Below are positions 9,213 through 17,276 of a stretch of DNA of 64,000 nt, piece after piece (position 1 is the first letter of the stretch; each line of letters opens with the position of its first letter). This DNA comes from Dehalococcoidia bacterium (lineage in GTDB: Bacteria > Chloroflexota > Dehalococcoidia > Plut-88900): contig OZ240215.1 in NCBI GenBank assembly GCA_965197585.1, positions 352,001 through 416,000 of the forward strand, in the 5' to 3' direction. The position numbers and the translations under genes were made by a program. The notes below the pieces were generated by a model. That model had not been told where the DNA came from and did no database searches. It saw only the letters and a list, made by a program, of their open reading frames with translations.

Positions 9213-9239
9213 GGCCGCTCCCGTGTACCGGGAGCGGCC
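9213..9239 (-). terminator. Hairpin with T-rich tail on the minus strand (terminator/attenuator)
   Basis: GGCCGCTCCCG-tgtac-CGGGAGCGGCC, an 11-bp perfect stem followed on the minus strand by TCGTTTTCTTT. Confidence 0.6.
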
Positions 9240-9280
9240 CCGCGGTGCGCCTCCGAGAGGCGTGCATCGGAGAGAGCGTT

Positions 9281-9652
9281 CTAGAAGGGCTGTTCGTCCC
9301 CGTTGGACTGCTCCTCCCTGCCATGCCCGTTGCCGGAGTCGAGGAATACGACCTCCCGGGCGTGGACCTCTGTGCGGCGGCGGCGCTGACCGTCCTGGGA
9401 CTCCCAGCAGTTCTGCACCAACCGGCCCGCCACGTAGATGCGGTTGCCTTTCTCCACGTATTCGTTTACCGCTTCGGCCTGCTTTGCCCAGCAGACCACG
9501 TCATGCCAATCTGTCTCGCTGTTCCCGTCCTGTTTGCGCCGGTCTGTGGCCAGGCTGAGACGGGTGACGGCGGTGCCGCCGGGGGTGTAGCGCATCTCGG
9601 GCTGGGCGCCAACGCGTCCCAGTAGCTCTACCTTGTTCACTGTCCTGGACAT
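9281..9652 (-). CDS. ssb: Single-stranded DNA-binding protein
   Basis: VNKVELLGRVG...EMRYTPGG...ETDWHDVVCW...KGNRIYVAGRL; acidic C-terminal tip DEQPF. Confidence 0.95.
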   Translation of the reverse strand: MSRTVNKVELLGRVGAQPEMRYTPGGTAVTRLSLATDRRKQDGNSETDWHDVVCWAKQAEAVNEYVEKGNRIYVAGRLVQNCWESQDGQRRRRTEVHAREVVFLDSGNGHGREEQSNGDEQPF

Positions 9653-9775
9653 ATCGGTCCTCCTTGTTGGGTCTTGGGGTGCAGGCCAAACCCCGCACCC
9701 GGTGCTGCTAAGCGGCGGGGCCGCCCTCCCGTAGGAGAAGAGGCGGCCCCGTGGTGCGCTCCCCTGGGGGAGTGT

Positions 9776-10219
9776 CTATGCGACCCGCACGAACTCGGCG
9801 TCCCGCTCGGCCACCGACTGGCGGACTGTCACTGCAGGTTGTGTCCTATTGCTTGGGATCAGTTCGTCCTTTACAAAGCCCTTGAGGATGTGGGCGATGC
9901 CGTCTCCCAGGCCCTGGACGAACACCGAACTGCCGCCGGGCAGCCGGTTGAGCCGAGGGTCCATGCCTCCGACGCCCCGGCACTGGTCAATTACATCCTC
10001 CAATGAGGTGTCCCGCCGCAGGTGCAGGGATATGAGCCTGCAGGCAAGCTCGGTAACCCCCTGCTCGAAGCTCCCGCTCTTGCCCATCCTGCCGAAGACC
10101 TCGAAGGGGTCGCCGTCACCGTCCAGGGCCACGGTCAGGTAGAGGTCGCCGTGGGACGTGGCCAGCACGGTGGTACTGCTGGGCAGGACTTTCGGCCTGG
10201 GTCTTAACTTTTCAGCCAT
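9776..10219 (-). CDS. Stand-alone TSCPD-like domain protein (class II RNR C-terminal domain homolog)
   Basis: RPRPKVL...GDLYLTV...PFEVFGRMGKSG...RLISLHLR...VIDQCRGV. Confidence 0.75.
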   Translation of the reverse strand: MAEKLRPRPKVLPSSTTVLATSHGDLYLTVALDGDGDPFEVFGRMGKSGSFEQGVTELACRLISLHLRRDTSLEDVIDQCRGVGGMDPRLNRLPGGSSVFVQGLGDGIAHILKGFVKDELIPSNRTQPAVTVRQSVAERDAEFVRVA

Positions 10220-10502
10220 CCTTGTTGTCCTCCTCTCTCCAGCAGTGGGGGCACGGGACGAGCCCGATCCCCAGCCGGGCCTGTATCTCTTGGGTATATT
10301 TGGCGTGCACCTGCCGGAAGACCTCGTGGGCCCTCGCAATGTCCTTGACGCTGACAGGTGTGTCGCCGGGAAACATGAACCCGTCGGCTACCTCCTCGAT
10401 CTCCCTCCGCAGGGCGTGGTCGCCAACCCGGTCGACCTGGTACCAGAGCATGGCCAGGCGTTCGTCCATGACGTCGATCAAAGCGCTGCTCGTATCAGTC
10501 AT
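10212..10502 (-). CDS. Hypothetical protein (C-terminal CPHC)
   Basis: 96 aa, AAGGAG SD, overlaps the next gene start. Confidence 0.55.
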   Translation of the reverse strand: MTDTSSALIDVMDERLAMLWYQVDRVGDHALRREIEEVADGFMFPGDTPVSVKDIARAHEVFRQVHAKYTQEIQARLGIGLVPCPHCWREEDNKDG

Positions 10503-10531
10503 CACCACTCTCCTTTCACCCGGTAGGGAAA

Positions 10532-10566
10532 GAGCGGGCACGTCCCACGAAGGGACGTGCCCGCTC
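10532..10566 (-). terminator. 15-bp perfect hairpin downstream of the Rad52-like gene
   Basis: GAGCGGGCACGTCCC-acgaa-GGGACGTGCCCGCTC. Confidence 0.6.
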
Positions 10567-10580
10567 CGAACGCCGGGGCC

Positions 10581-11366
10581 CTAGGCCGCCTTCTGCTCCT
10601 GCTGTCTCTCCTTAAGCTTGCGGGCGGCACTCTTCACCAGGGGTTCCAGCTCGTCCACGGTGAGCTCCTCAAGCCCTTTGCCCGTCCGGCTCTTAGTGGC
10701 CTCCCTCACCTGCTCCTCCCCGAACCCCTGCTCGGCCCCCAGGTTGATGAGACCCGTCCTCAGGGCCTCAAGCTGGGACACGGGGGGATCTTCACCCTGG
10801 CTCTGACCAGGGCGGTTGTCCGCTACTTCTTTCACGGCAACCGCCTTTGCCGGGTCGCCGTAGAGAGCGTTCCCGAACTGGTCGCCGAAGCTCCTGAGCG
10901 CCCTCTTGAGAGCGTCAGTGACTGCTCCCTTGTATGCGGTCTCGTGGTCATCGATGGTCTCCCCGTTCACGGCGTGGAACCCCACGTCGGTGCGGGAGGG
11001 GGCGCCAGGGACGTCAACCCTGACCGTGGCGGCGTAGGCGTGGGAGGTCCTCACGTCTCCGGTCTCGGCGTTTATCATCTGGGCGTCCCGGAGGTTCACA
11101 CCACCCACCACCTCGTAGCCCCAACCCCCGTGTCCGAATATCCGGTTGGCCTGGGCGATGGCGGTGTGGCCTTCCAGGTAGGAGTAGGTGCGGTTCTTCC
11201 GGCCTGTGCGGCGTGACACAAGGGAGGGGTCGAGGGGCTGGGACAGCTCCTTGGTCACCCGTGGTGGCAGGCTGTCCCAGAGAAGGTCCAGTTCCCCGTC
11301 GCCCAATGGGGCGGCGTCGGGCCGGGCGCCGTTGTTCGTACCGTTCCTGTGCGTTCCGTTCGTCAT
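10581..11366 (-). CDS. Rad52/Rad22-family single-strand annealing protein
   Basis: SYLEGHTAIAQANRIFGHGGW...DVGF...AYKGAVTDALKRALRSFGDQFGNALY. Confidence 0.92.
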   Translation of the reverse strand: MTNGTHRNGTNNGARPDAAPLGDGELDLLWDSLPPRVTKELSQPLDPSLVSRRTGRKNRTYSYLEGHTAIAQANRIFGHGGWGYEVVGGVNLRDAQMINAETGDVRTSHAYAATVRVDVPGAPSRTDVGFHAVNGETIDDHETAYKGAVTDALKRALRSFGDQFGNALYGDPAKAVAVKEVADNRPGQSQGEDPPVSQLEALRTGLINLGAEQGFGEEQVREATKSRTGKGLEELTVDELEPLVKSAARKLKERQQEQKAA

Positions 11367-11646
11367 GTTGTGTCTCCTTTGCAGTGCTCATCTAGGTTGT
11401 TCCAATGGACCGGGGCGGGCCAACGATTGGTCCGTAAGCGACGCCTGTACCGGTGTAATCGGTACAGGCGCCGGCGTGGAGCGGGCATAGGTCTTTCCGT
11501 GCAGGGCGCGCATGGGCGCGGACCGACAGGGAGGTGAGGGGAAAGAGCTATGGAAAGGGGCGGGGGGGGTTGGAAAAGGGGAATTTAGGAAAGGGGGAGT
11601 GGGAGAGGGCCGGGGCTTTAGCGCAGTGCGGGGCAGGGGTGGGCCC

Positions 11647-12711
11647 CTACCGGGCAGCTTGTGCCGCCTTCTCAAGCAAGCGCAGGAACAGGTCCCTTCC
11701 GGTGGCAAGGGAAGCAAGCTCGGCCACGTCGTCCATGCCCCTGGGCAAGACTACGGCGGCGGCCCTGGAGCCCAGCAAGTACGCAAGGCGGGCCGTTGCC
11801 TCCCTGCCCGCATCGTCGGCGTCGAAGGCGAGGAAGACCTGGGGGCAGCCCATGAGTGCCCCGGCGACCCGTTCCAGGCCCCGTGTGCCCAGGGCGGCAC
11901 AGGCGGGGATGCCCCAGTGGGCAAGGACAAGCCAGTCGACAAGACCCTCGGTGAGGACGACCCACCGGGGAGCCCGTCCCAGTCTTCCCAGGCCGAGCAC
12001 CGGCTTGGGGCCGGGCGGCGCCTGGAACCGGGGTACGGCGCCTGGTTCGAGAGCCCTTCCTCCAAGCCAGCGGACAAGTCCGTCGCCCGTATCGGGTACG
12101 ACGATCATGCCTGCGAACCGCTCGGTGTTCCTGCCCAGGAACAGGCCCGAGTCCCGCAGGCTCTCCTCTCCGAAACCTGCAAGCTCAAGGTGGCGGCGAA
12201 GCCCGCCGCCCGGGGCGTAGCCGACGCCAAGCCGCAGGGCTTCGTGCAGGCCGATGCCCCTGAACGCAAGGTATCCCCGCCCCTCGGGGTGACGCATAAG
12301 CTCCCGGGTGTAGAACCGGGCCGCCGCCGTCAGCAGGCCCGGGTCCCGGGGTGGGAGTTGGAGTTGCCGGGAGCTCCCGGCCCCAGGGCTCCGTGTGGGT
12401 CGCTTGGCGGCGGAAGGGTTGGCGGGGTGAGGGGCGCCGTCCAGCCGCCGTATCGCCTCGGGCAGGCTCAGGCCCTCGACCCTCTGCACGAAGTCCAGGA
12501 CGTCTCCCCCGGCGCCGCAGCCGAAGCAGTAGAACCTCTCCGAGTCGCCGTACACAGTGAAGCTGCCCTCGCCCTCCTCGTGGAAGGGACAGACGCCCTG
12601 TCGAACCCGGCCCCTGCCCCGGAGCCTCACTCCCGACTCCTCCACGACGACGACCAGCGAGTACCGGGCCTTGAGAGCCGGGATGTCCACGGGAGCAGTG
12701 GCTAGGACCAT
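11647..12711 (-). CDS. DnaG-type DNA primase (CHC2 Zn finger + TOPRIM)
   Basis: CPFH...SFTV...FYCFGCGAGGDV; LTEGLVD; AFDADDAG. Confidence 0.93.
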   Translation of the reverse strand: MVLATAPVDIPALKARYSLVVVVEESGVRLRGRGRVRQGVCPFHEEGEGSFTVYGDSERFYCFGCGAGGDVLDFVQRVEGLSLPEAIRRLDGAPHPANPSAAKRPTRSPGAGSSRQLQLPPRDPGLLTAAARFYTRELMRHPEGRGYLAFRGIGLHEALRLGVGYAPGGGLRRHLELAGFGEESLRDSGLFLGRNTERFAGMIVVPDTGDGLVRWLGGRALEPGAVPRFQAPPGPKPVLGLGRLGRAPRWVVLTEGLVDWLVLAHWGIPACAALGTRGLERVAGALMGCPQVFLAFDADDAGREATARLAYLLGSRAAAVVLPRGMDDVAELASLATGRDLFLRLLEKAAQAAR

Positions 12712-13175
12712 GACCCGCCTCCCTTCCCCAGATTTCTGAGGCCCCGGAGGCTGCCCCTGGAGACCACCTTGCCGGGGAGCCAGCGCATCCCAATGACAGC
12801 CACCACTTCTAGTATGGCGTTCTCCCGGGAGACCAGGGCCGCAGCCCGGCCTGCGCCGGGGCTGTAGACCAGGACCCCCTTCTTCCCGAACCGGCGCCGC
12901 ACCAGGTCCACCCACTCGGAGTAAGCCCAGCAGGCGTCCCTCACGGGAGCGTTGGGGGTATCCACCTCGGACATCACGGACAGGGCCCCGTCCAGGTCCG
13001 CGGCCTTCCTCAACCTCCGAGCATCGTGGACGCTCTTCGCCACCGTCGGCGCCGGCACAGCGCTCTCTTCTTCCCGCACCCCGAACAGGGCCTCGATCAC
13101 CCTGTCCACCAGCTCTTCCAGGCTGTGCCGGGTACCCACTGCCCCACCGTTCATCGTTATCGCCTGCGTTGTCAT
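12702..13175 (-). CDS. Hypothetical protein
   Basis: 157 aa, AAGGAG SD, overlaps the primase start. Confidence 0.65.
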   Translation of the reverse strand: MTTQAITMNGGAVGTRHSLEELVDRVIEALFGVREEESAVPAPTVAKSVHDARRLRKAADLDGALSVMSEVDTPNAPVRDACWAYSEWVDLVRRRFGKKGVLVYSPGAGRAAALVSRENAILEVVAVIGMRWLPGKVVSRGSLRGLRNLGKGGGSWS

Positions 13176-13215
13176 ATCGAACTCCTTTCCTTGTCTTGTT
13201 GGTCTTCCTTCTTCC

Positions 13216-13428
13216 TTACCTTCGGCCTATGAGCCGCAGCACCTGCCGCACCACCACGAAGCCCGAGAAGAGTCCCATCCCGTTGAGGGCGAAGACCTCC
13301 AGGCTCCAGGTGATGGCCAGCGGCGCCACGATGAGCAGTGCCAGGACCGGCCACTTGAACCTCACCAGGCACCGGCCAACCCCGAGGGCGGCGCTCATTA
13401 CCATGGAGAGCACTACGAGAACTTGCAT
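13216..13428 (-). CDS. Small membrane protein
   Basis: 70 aa, very hydrophobic, AAGGAGG SD. Confidence 0.6.
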   Translation of the reverse strand: MQVLVVLSMVMSAALGVGRCLVRFKWPVLALLIVAPLAITWSLEVFALNGMGLFSGFVVVRQVLRLIGRR

Positions 13429-14006
13429 GTGAACCTCCTTTGCTTTTGTTCGCACCGGCATCCTCGATGCGAGACTCGACCTGACTACCGAATGGAAATT
13501 GACGCGGCTTCTCCCCGGACCGGATGCAGGCATTGGGGGGGAGATGGGTAGTTACTGGTATCCCTGAGAAGGCAACTTCATCCAGGGATTTGGGGCAGTT
13601 GGGAACAGGACCGGTGCTTCAGAGACCTGCGTCCTGGCAACTTCCGATGGAGTTGGGCGTCACGAACCAGCCGGGGCATGGGGAGCACCTCGGCCAGGGG
13701 TTCCGGCTTACGAAACGGACCCGGAGGAGCAGCGCTCGACTCCTGGACCGTCTCCCGCAGCGGATGGCGGTTGTTCCCCATGGGTGGCCGTTCGGAGAGC
13801 AGGGCTCGATCCTATGCGGCCTGGCCCGGGTCGGGGAACTCACCCTCCAGGTTTCTAGGGCGGGAAACTCTGGGAAAAGCCTGACATCACCTTCAGTATC
13901 TTCGAGCAGGTGGGCGAATGGAATACCCTCAAAGACCCAATCGGGCCCCGGCGCCCGGATCACTGCCCCCTGTTGTCCTCCGGTTGACCCGGACCGGGGA
14001 CAGCTT

Positions 14007-14810
14007 CTAGCTCCGCCACAGCCCCAGGGTCAGCACCCGGCGCAGCCACCGCCTCAGCAGGGCCCTGTTCCGCTCCACCCGCACACGGTTCAGCCGCTCC
14101 ATTCTGTCCTCGACCTGTCGCCGCCTGTCGAACTCGTCCCAGGGATAGGTGCGGGGAGGAAGGGTGAGCTCGTGCCTGCCGATCAGCTCGAGCTCCAGCT
14201 CAAGCCGCCGTATCCGGGCCTCGGTCCCGGCCACCCCCTTCCTTCCGGCCCGCACCTCATCCATTGCCTTCCTCCACCCGGCAACCAGCGGCGCCGCATC
14301 GCCGTAGACATGCTCCTCTCCGGGCTCGGGCTCCGGGGTCACGAGGTCGGGGTAATCCTTCCTCCTGGGCCGGGGCGATGCCTCTCGGGACACGGTGTCG
14401 GCGCCCCCACCGGCCTCCAGCTTTGCCAGTCTCCGTTCCGTCTGCCTTACCTCCCCAGCCTGCTTCTTCCCCAGGGCCTCGATGGCCGCTTCCAACTCTT
14501 CCAAAGCGCCTCCCAGCCTCTCGCCCAACTCTCCTACGAGCCTCTCCAGGGACTCCAGCCGTTCACCTTGCCGGCCCACTTCCGACTGGTCCCTGTTCGA
14601 CAGGTGCTGCTCAAGGGCATTGGCCAGCCGCGGCGTAAGCTCACCTGTGGTCTTGCACCTCCAGACGGTCTTGCGGTCGATGCCCAGTTCCGCAGCTGTC
14701 TTCACCTGGCCCCACTCCTCGAGGAGGTCGTGGAGTAGGGCCGTCAACCGGAGGTCTTGGAGACTCTCCAGGCTGGGAGTCACTCCCATCAATTCATCTT
14801 GGCTGTTCAT
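14007..14810 (-). CDS. HTH DNA-binding protein with coiled coil
   Basis: GQVKTAAELGIDRKTVWR HTH followed by heptad-like LESLERLVGELGERLGGALEELEAAIEAL. Confidence 0.75.
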   Translation of the reverse strand: MNSQDELMGVTPSLESLQDLRLTALLHDLLEEWGQVKTAAELGIDRKTVWRCKTTGELTPRLANALEQHLSNRDQSEVGRQGERLESLERLVGELGERLGGALEELEAAIEALGKKQAGEVRQTERRLAKLEAGGGADTVSREASPRPRRKDYPDLVTPEPEPGEEHVYGDAAPLVAGWRKAMDEVRAGRKGVAGTEARIRRLELELELIGRHELTLPPRTYPWDEFDRRRQVEDRMERLNRVRVERNRALLRRWLRRVLTLGLWRS

Positions 14811-14829
14811 CGCTTGCACCTTTCCTCGC

Positions 14830-14907
14830 TGTTCCTTTTGCCCCATTTCGTGACTGGCCGTGGAACACTGCCCCGGGAACCGGAATGTTCCTTTTGCCCC
14901 ATCTCGT
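14830..14907. repeat. 22-bp direct repeat pair (candidate protein-binding iterons)
   Basis: TGTTCCTTTTGCCCCATTTCGT (14830) and TGTTCCTTTTGCCCCATCTCGT (14886), 21/22 identical; partial third copy TTGCCCCAT at 14916. Confidence 0.8.
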
Positions 14908-15090
14908 AGCTGGCCTTGCCCCATGGCGCCTGAACCTGCTGTGGAACCCAGATGCTGCCCCCCGTTGTCCTGTAGGGGGCTCTTGCCGTGATTCCAGCTA
15001 TAGATCCACGACCCGCTTCCACCTGTATACGAACAACTTTCCCTGTACACGCCCATAACACCACATCCGGCTTCCCAAAATGAACGCCCC

Positions 15091-15120
15091 ATAAGGGGGG
15101 GTGAGCACACCCCCCCTTAT
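15091..15120. repeat. 13-bp perfect inverted repeat (candidate oriT hairpin)
   Basis: ATAAGGGGGGGTG-agca-CACCCCCCCTTAT. Confidence 0.75.
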
Positions 15121-15199
15121 ACGGCATTACGGATCGCCCTCCTCTTCTCCAGACTTTTTGCCAGGCAAGAAAACCGGTCCACAGCGAGGAGACCAAGAC

Positions 15200-15793
15200 G
15201 TGTTACCGCAATCGAGATTCCGTTTCGCCAGGCGCTTACTGCTGCCTGCCGTCACCATGCTCATGGCGACCCTCGTTGCGGTATCCGCCCTTGCCCCCGC
15301 CCTGGCCCAGGATTCGGGCCTAACCCTGGTCAACTCCGACCGGGACCTGGTCGAACGGAAGAAGGACGGGCGGTTCATAGCCCGCCCCGTGTTCAGCCGG
15401 GAGCTGGACTCCCTCTACTACGCCGTCCGCGATGCGGACAACGGCGACTGGTTGACCCTGATGTACCGGGTGCAGGGGGGCGAGAAGAAGCTCAAGGACG
15501 GCTGGGAGTATTCCTGGGAGTACCCGGCCCTGTCCGAGCAGCCCGACCTGGACCCCGGGAAGGCCTACCTGCTGGTTATCGGCGTCCCCGCCGACGCCCA
15601 GGGCGGCCCCTACGTCTTCCACGCCCTTGTACCCGTGCACCAGCCCAGCGGGATTTTCGACCGGATCCTGGCGGCCCTGAACCCCGCCAGGTGGGCAAAG
15701 GCCTTCGCCCGCTGGGTGATAGAGGGCGTTCACGGCGGCCTGTGCGGGGTCGTTGAGCGGGCCACGAGAACCGAGATCGACAACTGCGACTAA
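15200..15793 (+). CDS. Exported protein, first gene of the tra operon
   Basis: GTG start after GAGGAG; signal peptide RRLLLPAVTMLMATLVAVSALAPALA/Q. Confidence 0.75.
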   Translation: MLPQSRFRFARRLLLPAVTMLMATLVAVSALAPALAQDSGLTLVNSDRDLVERKKDGRFIARPVFSRELDSLYYAVRDADNGDWLTLMYRVQGGEKKLKDGWEYSWEYPALSEQPDLDPGKAYLLVIGVPADAQGGPYVFHALVPVHQPSGIFDRILAALNPARWAKAFARWVIEGVHGGLCGVVERATRTEIDNCD

Positions 15794-15805
15794 GGACTCT
15801 ATGCC

Positions 15806-16792
15806 ATGAACGACATCCTCACCGGAACTCCCCCCGAGCTGACCTACCTGCACCCCATGGTGCGGGAGGCCTGGATGGTTGTATGGGGCGTCGCATCGGG
15901 GGCTTTGATCGTCATCCTGGGCTGGATGGGCCTCAGCCTCATCATGCAGAACCTGCTGGGACATACCAGCACCGGGTGGCGGGAGGCGGTCCCCCGCCTG
16001 GCCCTGGGCCTCGTGGCCGCCGCCACCTCCTACTGGTGGTGCGCCCTGGTCATCGACGTGGCGCACGTAGTCTCCAAGTACATCGCCGCGGAACTGGACG
16101 TCACCCCCGGCGACCTGCTGAGGGCGCCCCTGGAGACGTTCCTCAGGACCGTGGAGGCGGGGAGCGTGGGTATGGCCCAGCTGGTGGCCCTCCTCTACGT
16201 GGTCTACGGGTTCTTCGTCCTCTACGTCCTGGTGCAGCTGGTATTGAGGCTGGCCCTGATCGACATCCTGCTGGCCCTGGCCCCCATAGCGTTGGGCCTC
16301 TGGATACTGCCCCATACGGCGGGCTGGGGGAGGCACTGGCTGAGGCTCTTCCTGACCACGGTGTTCCAGCAGTCGATACAGCTCATAGCCCTGGCATTGG
16401 GGTTCGGGTTCCTGAGAGAGTACGCCGCCATAGAGGCCTTCGAGCCGGCCCAGGACCTGGTGTGGAAGCTGCTGCTGTCGGTGGCCTTCGTCTACATGGC
16501 GACGAGAGTGCCCTCGATGCTGGGCAATGCTGGCACCTTCGACTCCTGGGTCAGCACCCTCTACTTCGGCCTCAACCTGCCGGGGACCCTGATGCGCTCT
16601 GCCAAGACCGTAGGGCTGCTCTCCGGGGGAATGGGTGGGGGGCCTGCAGGAGCAGCAGTGGGGGCGGTGGCTGCCACGGCGGCGGGGACCGGAGCGGGTG
16701 CGGCCTCGGGCCTGAGATCGGCGGCGGAAGGTGCAACCGCCGGTGGAGATGCGACCGGGGCCGGGCCTGCCCCGAGGAGCAGCGGCGAGTGA
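15806..16792 (+). CDS. VirB6/TrbL-like T4SS membrane protein
   Basis: Multiple TM segments, RLALIDILLALAPIAL...LPHT...W motif, Gly/Ala-rich tail; tra context. Confidence 0.82.
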   Translation: MNDILTGTPPELTYLHPMVREAWMVVWGVASGALIVILGWMGLSLIMQNLLGHTSTGWREAVPRLALGLVAAATSYWWCALVIDVAHVVSKYIAAELDVTPGDLLRAPLETFLRTVEAGSVGMAQLVALLYVVYGFFVLYVLVQLVLRLALIDILLALAPIALGLWILPHTAGWGRHWLRLFLTTVFQQSIQLIALALGFGFLREYAAIEAFEPAQDLVWKLLLSVAFVYMATRVPSMLGNAGTFDSWVSTLYFGLNLPGTLMRSAKTVGLLSGGMGGGPAGAAVGAVAATAAGTGAGAASGLRSAAEGATAGGDATGAGPAPRSSGE

Positions 16793-16957
16793 GCCCACTT
16801 ATTTCGATAGACGGGACTTCAACAGATAGACGAAACGAACAGATAGACGAGAAGGCACGAGGAGGTCAAGAGATGTGCAGCTAGGCAAGCGAGAACGACG
16901 TGACCCCTGGACCAGGGATAAAGACTCCCAAACAGCAACGGAAACAGGAGAAAGCGA

Positions 16958-17251
16958 ATGGAACAGCTGACCCAGACCATATCGAACATCGTGGGGATCA
17001 TGATGGGGGTGGTGGGCGCGGTGGGCGTTGCCTACTTCGTCTATGGGGCCTTCCTGTACATGACGGCAGGCGGCGGGCCCCAGCAGATGGACCGGGGGAA
17101 GAGCGCCATGCTCACCGCCCTGGCGGGCGTGGTGCTGGCGCTGCTGGCCTACGTGGTCGTTGAGGTGGTGACCGGTGCAATTGTAAACCCGGGCGTCGAG
17201 GTGGATATCCCCGAGCCCGGCACCCCCACGCCAACACCAGACGGGGGATAG
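16958..17251 (+). CDS. TrbC/VirB2-like pilin
   Basis: Two hydrophobic helices joined by GAFLYMTAGGGPQQMDRGKSAM. Confidence 0.8.
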   Translation: MEQLTQTISNIVGIMMGVVGAVGVAYFVYGAFLYMTAGGGPQQMDRGKSAMLTALAGVVLALLAYVVVEVVTGAIVNPGVEVDIPEPGTPTPTPDGG

Positions 17252-17276
17252 GCAAAGCAGAAGTGGAGGAAGAGTC

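Noticed and set aside
11388-11717. Pro-rich 109-aa ORF
   Set aside because: By-product of the G-rich tract; overlaps the primase end
13524-14006. ORFs 13524-14738(+), 13619-13963(-) and 13578-13781(-)
   Set aside because: No recognisable motifs or convincing RBS; cannot be supported
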